Assembly (NCBI RefSeq): GCF_009834535.1
Contig: NC_045697.1
Span: 108,502,001-108,566,000 of the forward strand
DNA: 64,000 bases
Reading direction: 5' to 3'
From: Camelus ferus
Lineage: Eukaryota
The notes beneath the pieces were generated by a model. It had not been told where the DNA came from. It saw only the letters and a program-made list of their open reading frames with translations, and did not search any database. Positions 24,371-38,300 of the stretch are shown here, piece by piece. The position numbers and the translations under genes were made by a program. The stretch's first letter is position 1; every line of letters starts with the position of its first letter.

Positions 24371-25865
24371 TGTTACTTTTAACCAATTTCCATTAGATAT
24401 GTGATGGCTCAAGTTGAACTTAAAAAGAAAAAAAAATCAGACATTACTGAAGAAGGAAAAAAGTGTTACATTTTGCAAATAGCAATTAAATATGCAAACT
24501 ACTACTAAATCTTAATTATTGAGTTCATGGAGTGATTATCTGGGTCCACAGTTCTGCTACATGTGGGAAATGTGAGGCAAAGATACAGTAACCGGGGAGA
24601 AAGTCACAGAAAATGAAAGATTTAGGTTAAATGAAATCAATCAATTAAGAAATAATCACCCACTATATCCCAATATCTGCAAAATGCTACTGAAGTCAAT
24701 TAAAAACATCATAATAACCTCCACCCCCAAGAGACTTAAAATTCAACTGGCAAGACAAGAAACTAATAGAGGACAATATTTGACTAGATATTAAGTGCCA
24801 ACCTGGGTAGTTTAGGAGGTCAAAAAATGGAATAGTCATTTAAATAGTCTGAGATTTCACAAAACATACAGTCTTGTTTCTAAGTTTAAAAGACAGAAAT
24901 TTGGTAGATGTTGAGGAAATAGAAGGAAATTATCATCTGTGGACCTAAGATATACGTGGAAAGGCCACATTGTTAACTTGAAGGATTAACAACATCTATA
25001 AAACATCTACCAGCCACTAGTCATAGTAAGGTTCATTAGGGAATAACCTACTTAGTATTATTATTTCCTAATTCAAACATTTAATACTACAGTTAAAATA
25101 GTCTTTAACTTACTAGTAATGGTTTCTTCAAAAGTACTTCCTGCCATGACTCATTCTTCCATTTTAGGGCTAATATGTGTCTTTCTGTACAAGGAGAACT
25201 TGGCTGTGTGGGTGTGAAGACTGTAGACTTTTTATTTCAGTTACAAACGCTGACTAAGAAGGGGTCTTTCTGTTTCCATGGGCACTTATACCAGAAATCA
25301 TACATACAAGCAGACTGTGCTCTTGAATACAGGGGGGAATGGTGCAGAAATAAGAGATTTCTTAAATAAACATTCATTCAAATCATATACTTAACCATAA
25401 AACTTGATGAAAAGACAATAAAAAATGTAACTCAGAGCAAAGGTGGATAACTGACTCATTGACTCTCACCAACACGTGGCCAAAAGCACCTCTGCTATTC
25501 CAAAATGCAGCTTGCCTGGAAAATGAACTACTTTGTCCTGTTCTACTCCCAGCCCCTTCTCCCCATGCCCTGCCCCTCCAGCCTCCAGACTCAAAGCCTC
25601 CTTCTAAGGAACAGACTTCACTATAGAGCATTTTGAAAGCCTAGAAACTGTTCATCACGTGCAGAACGACAGGAAGAATTACTGGTAAGTAGGAGGCATG
25701 TGAGGCTCAAACATGATACAAAGTAGGGTCCTTTTCAAAATATATATGCATATGTGTATGTGCATGTGTACGCATGGAGAAAAGCCTACATAAATATATA
25801 AAAATGTACACAGCGGTCAGCTAAGTGGCTTAAGAAGAGATGTTCCTTATTTTTTTTAAGCTGTC

Positions 25866-26310
25866 AATAAACAAGTATTCCTTACTATATGCTAACAACT
25901 ATTCTAAGCAAACAGTGCAGATGAGCGCTCTAGTCGCATATGGCTTACATTCTGCAGTGGGGGAAAACACATAATAAGTAAACTAATAAATGAACAAGCT
26001 AACTTCATACAATGCTAAGCTGTAAGAGAGAAATAAAATGGGTACTGTGAAAGAAGTAGGTAGTTAACAGAGAGTAGTAGAGAATTGTGGCTAATTTTGA
26101 ACTGTATCACTCAGGAAACAATTTTTAAGTCAAAATGATAGGGTCGAGCCTAGATCAACAAGAACCAGGCCAGTCTGGCCAAGAGGAAGGGACTGGTACA
26201 GGATGAAGTCAGAGAGGTAACCAAGGGCCAGATCACGTAGGATCTTGTAGACTACGGTCAAGAGTTTGGATGTAATTAATTCCAAGTGCAGTGTGAAGTC
26301 AGTAGAGGAT
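25866..26310 (-). mobile_element. LINE-2 fragment
   Basis: gcttacattctgcagtggggg..., gaagtcagagaggtaaccaagggccagatcacgtaggatcttgtagac...gagtttggat. Confidence 0.75.
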
Positions 26311-28395
26311 TTCTAGAATAAACAACTTCTGTAGATATGTCTTTATATTACTTTTCATGTTTTCAAAAATGTATATAAAATTGAAGACTACTCATAAAGT
26401 AATTCTCACTTGTTGAAATTAGAGATAACAGAGAAAATGCATAGCTGTATTTGAAATCTTCAACTCTTTCATGTAGCAATTACTCTTCCATTTCCCTCAT
26501 CACTTGTCACCTCATACTAATTCTCAAACTTAGCACCTGTCCCAGAAGATTCCTAAACTTGGAAAAGGGAGAGCATAGTAGGTAATATTTAATTATTCTG
26601 TACCATGTGCCAAGCAATAGTCTAAAGTCCTTCCATCTAGTGACTCAAATCTGTAAGAATGAAGGGGTATCTACCATACCATCTCTCTATTTCTTTGTTC
26701 TTCCATTTTCTATGTTCCGATTTTATCTTTCCATTTGATAATTTACTCTTTTCAAGAAAGAGATTGGGCTCAGATCTCTGTAGATACTGTTAACATATCT
26801 GCCAGCCCTACTTTAGCAAATGTCTACAATGGTGAAAGATATGGTCACCCTTAGTTACTGGAGGTGAAATGATTTTATCCATGATAAACTTTTAAAAACT
26901 GCTTCTCCGTGATCATAAAGGAATTCAGAAGATAATTATGGAAACTCAAGGTTGGAAAAAGCCTTGAAAGTTTAGTACAGCCTCAGCTACAACCCTCAGG
27001 TACACTCACTGGCATGTAGCCATCTGGGATCTGTTTAATCTAAAATACAAATGTTATTCTCAACTCTGTGGCTTTCTTACTGATTTTGATAATTATGTTC
27101 AATTATAAATAATTGACTAGCATGTCATGCAGTTCAGATCCAAACTTACTACACTTTTTAAAACATAACATTTCTTCTTAAGTATCTTAAAAATTTTCCA
27201 GAAGAATTCAAAATGAGAAGGGATAACTTAAATCAATCTTTAAAAATGCTAGTTCTGAATCAAAATCTGGGAACTTAAGAACTTATTTCACTTATTTAAA
27301 AACATTTATTAAGTACCTATTCCATACTGCTGTTAGCTAGTAAGAAACATAAATCATACCTGGCTCTTCCTCTAGAAAGTGCACATCATAGTGATTTTTA
27401 ATCAATTCTTTACTTATTAGAGTAGCCTACCTGCTTTTTAAGTATTCAAGTGTTTGAGTAGTTGTCAAATGAGTAGGGAAAAACCCAGTAATCATGCCCC
27501 CACCACATTTAAAAAGGAGGATTCTAAATGTTCATCCTAGAAACATCAATTTACATTTTAAAGCAATTACTGTATATATAATTTAACAAAATGCATTCTT
27601 TGCTTTGAAAGTATCAAGAATCATATGACTAGCATAATGCTTACACGATCCCCTACCTGAAATTTCAGGAGATTCCAAAAGACTGAAGATTCAGTGAATA
27701 AAATCTGAGTACAAAGAAATATTGCTGGAAATAGTCATGAATAGGGTTTGACATAATTTTGCCTGTCGTAGAAACATTTTCAAAATAATTATTAATTTGA
27801 AAAGGTATTTGATCTATAGTAGTTTTTTATTTGCAATGAACTGCAAAATTGATGGTTAGGAGGACTTTGATATCTTGGCAAAACTATCATAACAGAAATA
27901 TTTTATAAGTTTATTTTCTTTATTAAAAAATTCTTTAATATTCAGCTCATAACTTAAAAAATATTTACCTATAAATACTTAAGGCCTCTAAATGTACACA
28001 AATTAACTTTGAAAGTTTGTCACACTTGATACATAATTCTAAAAAGTTCCTTCTATGGGATGGACATCATGAGTTTCCTACCAGTTGCATGAAAGTATAG
28101 TATATAATGATGGCCTGATGACTATTAAACAAATTTGCATACAACTTAATTAAGAACTGTTCTATACACACAGCTGGTCTGATGAAAACCACTGCATAGT
28201 GATCTGAAAACAGTTCAAAACACTAGATCTTAAATTGCTTTTTTGAGTCAATGCATGTTCAAACTTCTACAACATGAAAAAAAATTCTGGGAGGAATAGC
28301 TTGAATCTACCAAAAAATATAAAATTAAGGCTGCCAAAAAGATGTTGAACTCGAGAATATTTTTAAAATTGTAGTATTTTGTTAGCTCTTGGGAT

Positions 28396-28397
<2 letters not shown>

Positions 28398-28435
<38 letters not shown>
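28398..28435. repeat. (AC)19 microsatellite
   Basis: Perfect dinucleotide run. Confidence 0.97.
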
Positions 28436-28439
<4 letters not shown>

Positions 28440-29334
28440 CTTCATTTTAAGCCTTTCCTTTAAAGTTATTTTATCAAGAGACAAAATAGCATATTAAGAA
28501 CTTAGAATATTTTTCAAGAGATGTTAAATGAAGACATATTAATCACGATCACAATGTAAATAGCAAAGAGTAAAACTAAATACGAGTTTCTAAGATATCT
28601 TTACTCAACTAGCTTTTATTAAACAATTATAATAAACAGATTTTGTTAGGACAAAGTAATTTACTCCCTACCAATTCATTTATTTTCAAAGACTTTAACT
28701 TTGTGAAATTCACTGTATTTGCTTACATACAGGTAGCATAGGAAAAGGAAATTACTGTGAGAAAAATTTATGGTGAGCCTCTAACCCCTAATTTCATTAT
28801 AATATCATCAGTCTCACCCAACAGAATCCTGAGTCATATAATGGTTCTCTATTTTCTAAACAATGAAACAAGAAGGGGAAAAAACTAAACATTTAATTCA
28901 AACATTTTATTTGTATAGATCTAGACCTATCACATCCTAGAAATACTTAGCCAGGTTAACCTGAAAGCCAGACTCTAAGCAAAAAGGGTGCAAAATTGAG
29001 CAAGACATAGTCTCTCTCCTGGAAGAACACCCCCAATTCAGATGGAAGGATAGACAAGTCAATAAAAAAACTGACAAATCAATAAAACTGATAAATAAAA
29101 TTGCCCAAGTTATATGACAATGCATGGACCTCAAAAGAGAAAGAGAGAATTGTTTTCACACATGACAATATTTTAAACCAAAAGAATAAAGGAAAAATAA
29201 ACACTAGATTTTAATCTGCTTTGAGTGCTCCTTCAGTGCCTACTGCCAAAGATACTGTAAACTATTCAAGTTTGAATTAGCAACTCTTTTTTTTTTAAGA
29301 TGTTCTCTTAAGAAAATGAAGTATACAGGGAAGA

Positions 29335-29525
29335 GAACTCACTATATGCCAGGCACCCTTCTAGATGCTTTACATATACTAACTCATTGAAACTGTATAA
29401 TAACCCTATGCAGTAGGTACTATTATTATCCCATTTTACAGGCAAGAAACAGGCAATGAGTTTAAGTAACTTTCCCAAGGTCACAAAACTATTCAGTAGG
29501 TAGGTGGGATTTGAACACAAGCAGA
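29335..29525 (-). mobile_element. MIR SINE
   Basis: tatgccaggcac...aaccctatgcagtaggtactattattatcccattttacag...aagtaactttcccaaggtcaca...gggatttgaac. Confidence 0.88.
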
Positions 29526-30592
29526 TCTTGGTGTCCAGTTTATAGAAAATGAAATAGGATTTTCACATACATAGCAAGAAGTATTGGTAGTTAAGAAATC
29601 TCCAAGATGCTTCGTGAGCTAATTCAGCATGTAAATGTGTGATGTGTAGATGAAATTCATGTTAGACTCACAATAGACACAGGGAAGGAAAAGACAAACT
29701 AGGCAGCTAACAGTATACTCTGATCCACTTTACTTCCGGGAATTTACTAAGAGCAGCTCGAAAGCAAGTTAACACGCTACTGCCAACGGGTCCTCGATGA
29801 ACAGCTCCCACCCTCTCTGACACTGTACAGATGCTAGGCAGCCATCAGTAGGCACAGTGGAAGGAAGACTGATGAAAGCGGGTCCACAGCAACACTTGGA
29901 TTTAGGTTCCTTTTCCCAAATCCCCTAAGAACGTCTATCTTCTACCCTTCATTCTTCATGTTCCGTTTTATTTCTCTAAAAAGTGAAATAATGAAAAAGA
30001 CCTGAGAGCAGAATACACCAAAGTATCTCCATTGGAAGGTCCTTTCAAAGAGGCTACTAGGTCTTTCAACATTACTAAAATGATCTGAATGTTGCAGAAA
30101 ACTGGCAAAAGTTACAAACACTTACTGAAGACACTACTTCGTGTTATCTTTATTGGTTACTCTAACCCAAATGCACTTAACAGGGAACTATGACTTCTAC
30201 TTGATTTTGAATTTTTTAGTTTCGTAGACAGCCTAAAACTACGTACTAACCAAATAATACGTATGTGTGTATGTGTATACACACACTGAGGGCTTTTCTA
30301 TCTGAGTACATAAAGAACATGCTCTTTGATATGTGGTGACCATGTTGGCCCTGTTTCTTAATTTCATCACGTATGATCTTTTTCTAAGAGCCAGCCCATC
30401 TTGAGTATATGTCAACTTGATCCATGTGTGGTTATCACCTCCTAGCAGTAAACATCATTGCTGATACTTGCATATCTCTAGGCTTCTATCCTACACTTTA
30501 TTGTTTCAGGTACCTCTAATTAACTTTATTTTACCTAGGATACATAATTATAACAAATTTAGATTTATATGGTTATTTTAATCTCCCACAGA

Positions 30593-31616
30593 CACTCATT
30601 CATTCAACATTTACTTGATTGCCTATTATACATAAGCTAAATTAAGTATGGTCTCAGCTTCACGATTGGAGTTTATAGTGTAGTAGGGGAGAAACATAAT
30701 GAAACATTAAAACAGCAAAACTGAAACCATGGTAAATGCTACAGTGTCAGAAAAATGCATAATGTTAAGGTTTTGATACAGTTTTGGGGTTCAGAGAAGG
30801 CTTCTCTTCTCTGAAGGACTAAGCTGTGTTGCGGTGGGGGAGGGGCACCCCGAGGGCTGCAGTGCATAGAATAAAGGTATTATGACAGGTGCAAGATGAG
30901 GCTAGAGAAGTAGACATGGGTCAGATTATACAAGACCTCAACAAAGGATTTTGTCTTTACCATAAGAGTAATGAAAAGTAAAGTTAGTCAAGGGAGGGAC
31001 ATAATCCAGACATACCTTTTGAAATACCATTCAGAAAGTAAAGTTAAAAACAAAACGGGGGTGGGGAGGGAGGATATAGCTCAGTGGTGGAGTGTGTGCC
31101 TAGCATACATGAGGTCCTGGGTTTTATCCCCAGTACCTCCATCAAATAAATAAACAAATAAGAATAAACTTAATTGCCCCCCCCCAAAATGGGGAAGAAA
31201 GTGAGAGTGGATGTGGACAGACCGTGGAGGAAGATTTTCCATTAGACCATGCAAGAGGTAATGTCGGTGTGGACTAGCTAAGTGCATTAGAGATGGACAG
31301 AAGTGGTATTTAGGACATAAAACTCATAGGATTTGGTGACAGACTGGTCACGGGAAGTAAGGCAGAGGGAGTTATTAACGATAATACCAAGGTTTCTTAC
31401 TTATGCAACTGGATGGAAAATAACAGAGCAGACTGAACAAGGGTCAGTGTTTGTTTTGTTTTCTAGGGTAGGAAGGACCACAAGTTTAGTCTTATTGGTT
31501 TGAGGTGTCTCTGAGACATCCAGGTGAGGATATCATGCTCCACCTGGCTCTGGAGCTCAGAAAAAAGGTCTAGATCAAAGATAAAAACATGGGAATTATC
31601 TGTGTATAGGTCATCT
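30593..31616 (-). mobile_element. LINE-2 fragment, interrupted by a SINE
   Basis: Starts cactcattcattcaacattt. Internal L2 motifs tttgaggtgtctctgagacatccaggtgagg...ctggagctcag. Confidence 0.8.
31061..31189 (+). mobile_element. tRNA-derived SINE, camelid Vic-1-like
   Basis: ggggagggaggatatagctcagtggtggag (A box) ... gtcctgggttttatccccagtacctcc (B box region), (AAAT)-rich segment, C-run and short A tail. Candidate TSD CAAAACGGGG / CAAAATGGGG. Confidence 0.85.
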
Positions 31617-31617
31617 A

Positions 31618-31850
31618 CAATTTCCTTCACAGAGCCACCTCCTCCCACTCTAAAGCTGTTAACCACAGTGCTTGACAAACCCAACACCTTGTCACAGTGT
31701 GGGCACATTAAGTCCTTGTCTATCCTCCCCGTTAGACTGTAAGTTCCATAAGAGCAGTGACCACGTCTATTTTGATTCTTGTTGTACCTCAGCTCCTCAC
31801 CAGTTCCTGCACATATCAGGGTATCAATAAAAAATACTTACATGAGCTAA
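31618..31850 (+). mobile_element. LINE-2 3' end
   Basis: ttagactgtaagttccataagagcagtgaccacgtctat...cagttcctgcacatatcagggtatcaataaa. Confidence 0.7.
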
Positions 31851-34359
31851 TTAACGATGTGAGATATACTCTAATCTACAATGACAGAACTACAGAAATA
31901 ATAAGTGAAAAGTACTCATTTTCAGCATAATTTAAAAACTCACAATTTTCACAAGGAAAGATGATTAATATCACCTTTCCTTATTCTGTGAACAATACAT
32001 TTTATATATTTGTAACTTATTTAGTATTATATTATACATATTACTATCTATAATATTTTATATGTTTTCCCCCTTAGGGAAAAGTAATAAAATGTTCTAG
32101 ATATTTAATGGTTACACAATTCAAGTATAAATTACATTGGAAGAAAATATACACTTTGATATGCAATGAAAATACAATTATCTTTGTTATTAAAAGCCAA
32201 TCTGGTTTAGGACTTCTTGTACCTTAAAAAAAGCCCAACAGAATATAAACTTTTACTATTAAAGAGAATTCACAATTTTAACAACTTAATGTACACCATT
32301 TCCTACAGATCTCACTTATCAACTGTTTTATTGGTTCATAGGTCTTAACCTAATAGATAGCATTTTTTGTCTCTGTTTTACTGACAGGAAATATACAGCA
32401 TGAAAGTTTTTGAGAGTTATCAAAAGCATTATAACTAATATTAGCTTTAAAAATTTGGCAATATATCTTTTAATCTCTGTGAACAGAATAACAGGGTGAG
32501 TTCCATTTCCATTAAAATTAAACTGAAAACTGGGTATTTTACATATAATTGCCTAGCTTTATTTTGCTTTATCTGCTTTTTATCACCAGCTCCCACTGAG
32601 ATAGATTAAGAAACACTACACTTAATGAAAAGGGTCAAAAGGACTAGGTCCAACTGAAATATCTTTAAAAAAAATATTGATATTTAAATTACTACTTTAT
32701 TCATTTTGGTTTTTTGAGTAATAAATTTAACAATAGATACATGTAGGGGCATATCATTCAATTCTAACTCTGAATGCAGTTGGAACACATCTCATCTTAA
32801 TCTTCAATGTAGTCAACACTATACTATGGATTTCCAAATCCTCTTTGGTTTTCATCTCCTAATAAATATTCTTATATATATATATCAAAACTGAAGAATG
32901 TTATTACATTGCTCAAAGCATGTATACATGTTCAAAGCATGTATACAAAACACTTTTGTATATAAACATACTCTGAGAATGTTAAGTAAATATATTTGAA
33001 GACTACAAAATACAGTGCAAGATGATGAGAAACACTAGCCAAAAGTTATTCATGCTTTTTAAATGAAAAAGAAACAAAGTATACTAAAATAAAAAAAAAA
33101 AGCTGATAAAAAATTTTTGGAAGAGGCTGTGGTTGACCATTTATTACTTTTTTGCATTAGAGTTAATTAATATTCTAAAAAGGTCTACAAAAAGCTGAAC
33201 AACCTCTCAAGCTCTGAATTCATGGCACTGACCTTAGACTTTCTCGGAATGATTTTTAATGCACTCTGTTATTAGTAAAACCTGTTCAAACACATGCCCC
33301 ATCTGCCAGCACCCCATCTGCAAGAGAGCTTCTTATTCTTGTAGACAGTACAACTTCTGCTTGCTTCCTTCCCTTCTCTACATACCAGCTGTATGGTAAT
33401 GAGTATGAGCAGCTGAAAATCCTGCATGATAACAAAGCTAATATGAAAACGGCAGAACAACACTTCCCCTCAGTGAAGCAGTTGCCGCATGAACACAGCA
33501 GATAAGCTATTAAACACGGGTGTGGTGGTGATGAGAATTTTATTTGTGTATATTTGGGGGTGTGCGGGCTTGTGCCTGTGTTCGCACGTGTGTGTTAAAC
33601 AAGGGGTTTCCACGTAAGCAAAAAATAAAAAACAAGAGCAGCACAGGGTACCAAAGATCTAAATTTCTAAGCACTGTTGTTAAGACTTGAGAATCAGATT
33701 CTTTAAATGTTCTAAGCCTCGGTTCTTATATAGTAATAATATATCAGGTGCCATTTTGATGAGCTGGTTTTCAAAGATACTAACAAGTTTGTTCTATTTC
33801 ATAATTAACTTATTTTGGGAACTTCAGGGGCAAAAAATGAAGTCAGAACTTAAAAAGCATAATGGAAAACTATTTGCTAGATATTTTAGCTGCTAACATA
33901 ATATGTGAATCAATAAACTATGTTTTTAATTCTTACACAGCAATTTAATTTTTTAAATTTATTGGTATTTGAGGCTAACACATTTATTCTGAACAGAGAA
34001 TCTCCAAACAAAATACTAAGATGGCAATGTTATCTCCTTAATTTAGGAAGATATATTGGGGTTAACTTATATATATGTGATAGTCATACTAAATGAATCT
34101 ATATAATGCAAGTAGATCCAAATCACATTAATTTTTTATGTGCAGTATCTTTCCATTTAGAGATTAACACTCACTCAGGAAATTGTTTAAGAAAAATGAC
34201 TACTCAAAATCGGTCTTATGCACTTCTCTCACAATCTGAAGAAACTAAAAATGAAAAAATACTCAAAATACTAACTGAAAGTGAAAGAAACAAGTACTAT
34301 TATATGAGGAGAATTACTTTTAATTTTTACCAATACATCTAAGTAAGTCTTATGTGGAC

Positions 34360-34670
34360 TTCATGACAGTTATTAAGTTCTTATTACATAACCATGCTTT
34401 CTACACCTTGTCTCATTTTACCCTTAAAATAACCCTATGAAGTAGGTACTATATTATCTCCATCTTACAGAGGCGGCTTGGTAAGCGGTGGGGCTGAAAA
34501 CTTAACCCCAGGTCTAAATGACTGTATCATTTCTGCTCCTAAGCCGTCTGCTGTCCTGCTAGAAACTCCACAAGGGCAAGGATTTGGGCCTGTTTCATCC
34601 TCTGTCATACTCCAAACGCCTGAAGTCATCCTTGGCTCCTAAGAGTTGTTGAACAGACTGAATGAATAGA
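34360..34670. mobile_element. MIR (-) followed by L2 3' end (+)
   Basis: aaccctatgaagtaggtactatattatctccatcttacaga; then aaactccacaagggcaaggattt...gttgaacagactgaatgaa. Confidence 0.65.
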
Positions 34671-37600
34671 TAGAATGCACAGAAGAGATAACTACTCAGT
34701 TGTTTTCTGTTAAGTGAAAAAAAAAAAAAGCTACTATAAATTTTGTGATAACCCTAATCATTTTGACACTGAAAACTTATTTACTAGTTAAAGAATCTTA
34801 AGCTTGTTTAGGAATCTAAGTTTTATTTACTTGTCAGGTTGAAAAATTAAGACTTAATTTAAAAAATTCTCATGATTAAACATTCATTTTGAAAGGCTGG
34901 TACAGAATGAATAAGAGGAAAATTGCACTGATGTTAGCATTTCCGTGAATCCACTTGTCCTCGTTTTTATTGTCTAACTATAAAAATGCATTTTCCCTGT
35001 TAACTAGCTTAACATATTCCTTGACTTCAAATATAAATCAAAGCTATGTGCTTCTTTAATATAATAGCTTTTGTATAATATATATAAGAACCTGAACTGA
35101 AAGAATAGTTCCAACTTAACAAAACACTACCAATCATCCTTTAAAAAGTAAGACATAAAGTTGCATTTCCTCAAAGTACAAACTTTTAAGAACACTTACA
35201 GATTTATAACACCCACAAATTCAGACAAGATTTACAAAAACAGTACTATACTGCCCCTACATGTTCAAACTAGTAGTAACAATGACATTTTAAAATCTAA
35301 AGTGATATGGTAGAGATTTTTGTGGATTAGTGAAAAGCTGTTTAAGCTTAAATTATTCCCAAGTGAACTATATGAAATCACCCACACAGAAAAGTGTAAT
35401 TAAATATAGGAATAACTGACAAGTTTCCATTTTCATTTTCAATATTAGCAAGGAGAAGAAATTTAACAGAAATTCATCCAACATCATCATATTTTTTTTC
35501 TCTCAAAACAGATTTTCCCAACATTACATGAAGATATCATAAAATAATCATAAACAAATGGCTAACCAGCTATGTGCTTCAGGGTCAATATTAATACATT
35601 AATGTTTGAGAAAAACTAACTGCTGACTGTTACCCCAGACCTAGAAAAAATTTTAATACAGCTCATATATATACACACAAACACATAGACACTACCAAAA
35701 TCATAAGAGAAACTTTTATTAATCTCATATCAGATTTACTTAAAAAAAAACTACTGTAATTATTTTACCTTCTACACATTGTAGGAATAAAGCAATATAT
35801 TATGTATAAGTAAAGAAATGAGTTGCACATGGGTACTCATAAAATCAATAGGAAATAAGAGTGTCGGCTTTACCACAAATGGTAGTCCTTGCTGGTATTA
35901 TTTCTATAGTAAAATTTACATCACAATTAAAAAATCCTAAATTTTATCTATCATTATTTGTATCTACCATTATTATATCTACCATTATTTAACTGATTTA
36001 TATGTGAGACACACATTAATTTATGCAACTTTCCACAGCAAGTTAGGGGTCAACAAGAACTCTAATTTTGACCCCGGTACAACCCAGAAAAAAATCACTA
36101 TATCCAGATCACTATCACCTGATAGGATATTAAAGACTACTATTTTCTGGCAAGAACATGAAAAATGAAATAATATGGAATCATATCTAATCTTTCAGAG
36201 CCTCAAAATATTCTACACTGGATACTACCTAATAGAATTTGAAAACTCATAGATTATACATTTCAATTAAGTAATCAACATAATCCTACCAAGTCAGGTA
36301 GAGTGTGTCTGCGTATGCATGCATGTGTATGGAGGTAACCTTAGATACACATGAAGAAACTATAACACAAATTATCACCAGTTAATTTAGAAATGAAAAG
36401 TGTACAACTGAATAAAGGAGTCCGGTGACACACGGTATAACTGCAGCAGACCAAACATGAGATCCACGTTGAAATGGAATTCTCAGGGTCACTAAAATGT
36501 TAAATTATAAAAAAGGTAAGATTTTTTTTCTGCTTTGTTCAATGATGTATCTCAAGTGCCTGGAACTGTGTCTGGCAACTAGTAGCTGCTCATTTGTTGA
36601 ATGGACTAATTAATCCATGTTCCTCTGATTGTGATATGTGATGGTGGGTACACAGACAATGAAACAAAACTCGCAAAGACCAAAAAGCATCGGTGGCCTC
36701 CTTAAGGGAAGGGCTCTGCCTTATTCATCTTTGTTATACTAGCATCACACACAGGGAGTTATGTATATGCCTAAACATATTAGCAGAACTAAAATTAATT
36801 TAGTAGTGTTAATATTCCATGGAAATACTGAGGAAAATAAAAAAGCGGTTAGGGCTCTCATCCTTCATTTTAAAGTATATAGCCTGCTAGCATGAGTTGC
36901 ATTTAGTCACTGAAGAAAAATAATATATAAGCTCCAAACTATATATATATACAATATATTTCATTGTATTATATGGAGCTGCCTGTAACCAGGTTAATAA
37001 AATTTAGGTATTCATTTATATAATGTATGTTTTAAAGCATTTAAATATGAATGTACTCAGAGACTTAAGATTACTTCGACATTTCAAAGTGTATTCTATT
37101 TTTCATGTATGGATGACAGCTGTAAAACTCAAGGTCTGTGCAGTCAGTTCCACAATTTTGGAGAAATCCCAACTTTAAAACTTTTTGGAGTTTAGAAGGG
37201 CAATGTGGTATATGTAACAGTATACGACAGAACACTTTCAGTACATTACAACAAACATTTCTGCAACAAAATATATGAATGTTCAGATAAACAATAAAAG
37301 CGACTGTCATGTTAGTTAGGGTTAGGTTTGGCTAATTTGTTGAAATATTTTTTTAGTCTTCAGGACTTACTGGATTTCTGGTCTGCAGACAAGAAACCAT
37401 GGATTTATTGCCTACTTGTTTACTCTGCCAGGAGCTTCGTAACAAGTTTATTTTTAGCATATTTTTTCATCTGTCTCCCATATTGCAAGTCTTAATTAAT
37501 GTTGAGTTAGTTTCTATAAAACACAACTTACAAATTTAAATAGCCTTGCTCTGTGATGTTCAAATTACTAAACTATTTTGTTCAGATTGTTATCTATCAA

Positions 37601-37889
37601 CAAAACGGATAACAATTCGTGGCAGTTATTTCTATGATGTCGTAGATTTATAAACCATGTTATAATTTGCTTTGCATTAATATCTGACAACTGAGGCACA
37701 CTTCATGACAAAAACACCTAGAAAGCAACGTTATCAGCAATTAGATATTGAGGTCATCATAAATTGTGAAAACAAAGTATGAACTACGTATCTAAAACTC
37801 CAGGATTACATGGCCAAAGTTAACCCTTGAAACATTTGGAAGCTAAGGATCCACTCACTCAACAAATCCTTCCCCAGGTCAGCGCACCA

Positions 37890-38300
37890 CAGTGCTGATG
37901 CTGGTGCCAGAAGCCCAGGTTAGAATCTTAGCTCCGGCACTTACCACCTCTAGGGCGAGTTAGTTAGCCTTCCTATATCTCTGATTCCTCATCTGTAAAA
38001 TTGGGATAATACAATACAGTCTACTTCATGAGGCTATTTTAAGGATTAAATGAATTCTTATATGGGAAGTACTTAGAACAGTGTCTCCCGTGTACCCCAA
38101 CTTAGATTCCATTATACTATTATCCTATTTTATCATCATCAAAACATTCGCATTAACAGTTACTTTTCTGTTTCCCTAAATTAGAATCCAAGCTCCATGA
38201 GGGCATGATCTTTATCCACCTACTTCACTGTTATATCTACAGGTTCTAGAAAAGTTGTCCCAACTCTGTTCTAAGTTCTTAATATATATATTTTTGGCTG
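37890..38300 (+). mobile_element. MIR followed by L2 3' end
   Basis: ttcctcatctgtaaaattgggataat...aggattaaatga...cttagaacagtg; then aagctccatgagggcatgatc. Confidence 0.75.

Noticed and set aside
28248..28484. ORF with a VCVCVC run, and ORF 49129-49386 with PSFL repeats
   Set aside because: These are translations of microsatellites.
31071..31140. tRNA-like A/B boxes as a tRNA gene (also 49375-49444)
   Set aside because: Degenerate stems, a SINE-type tail and TSD, and two diverged copies indicate SINE heads.
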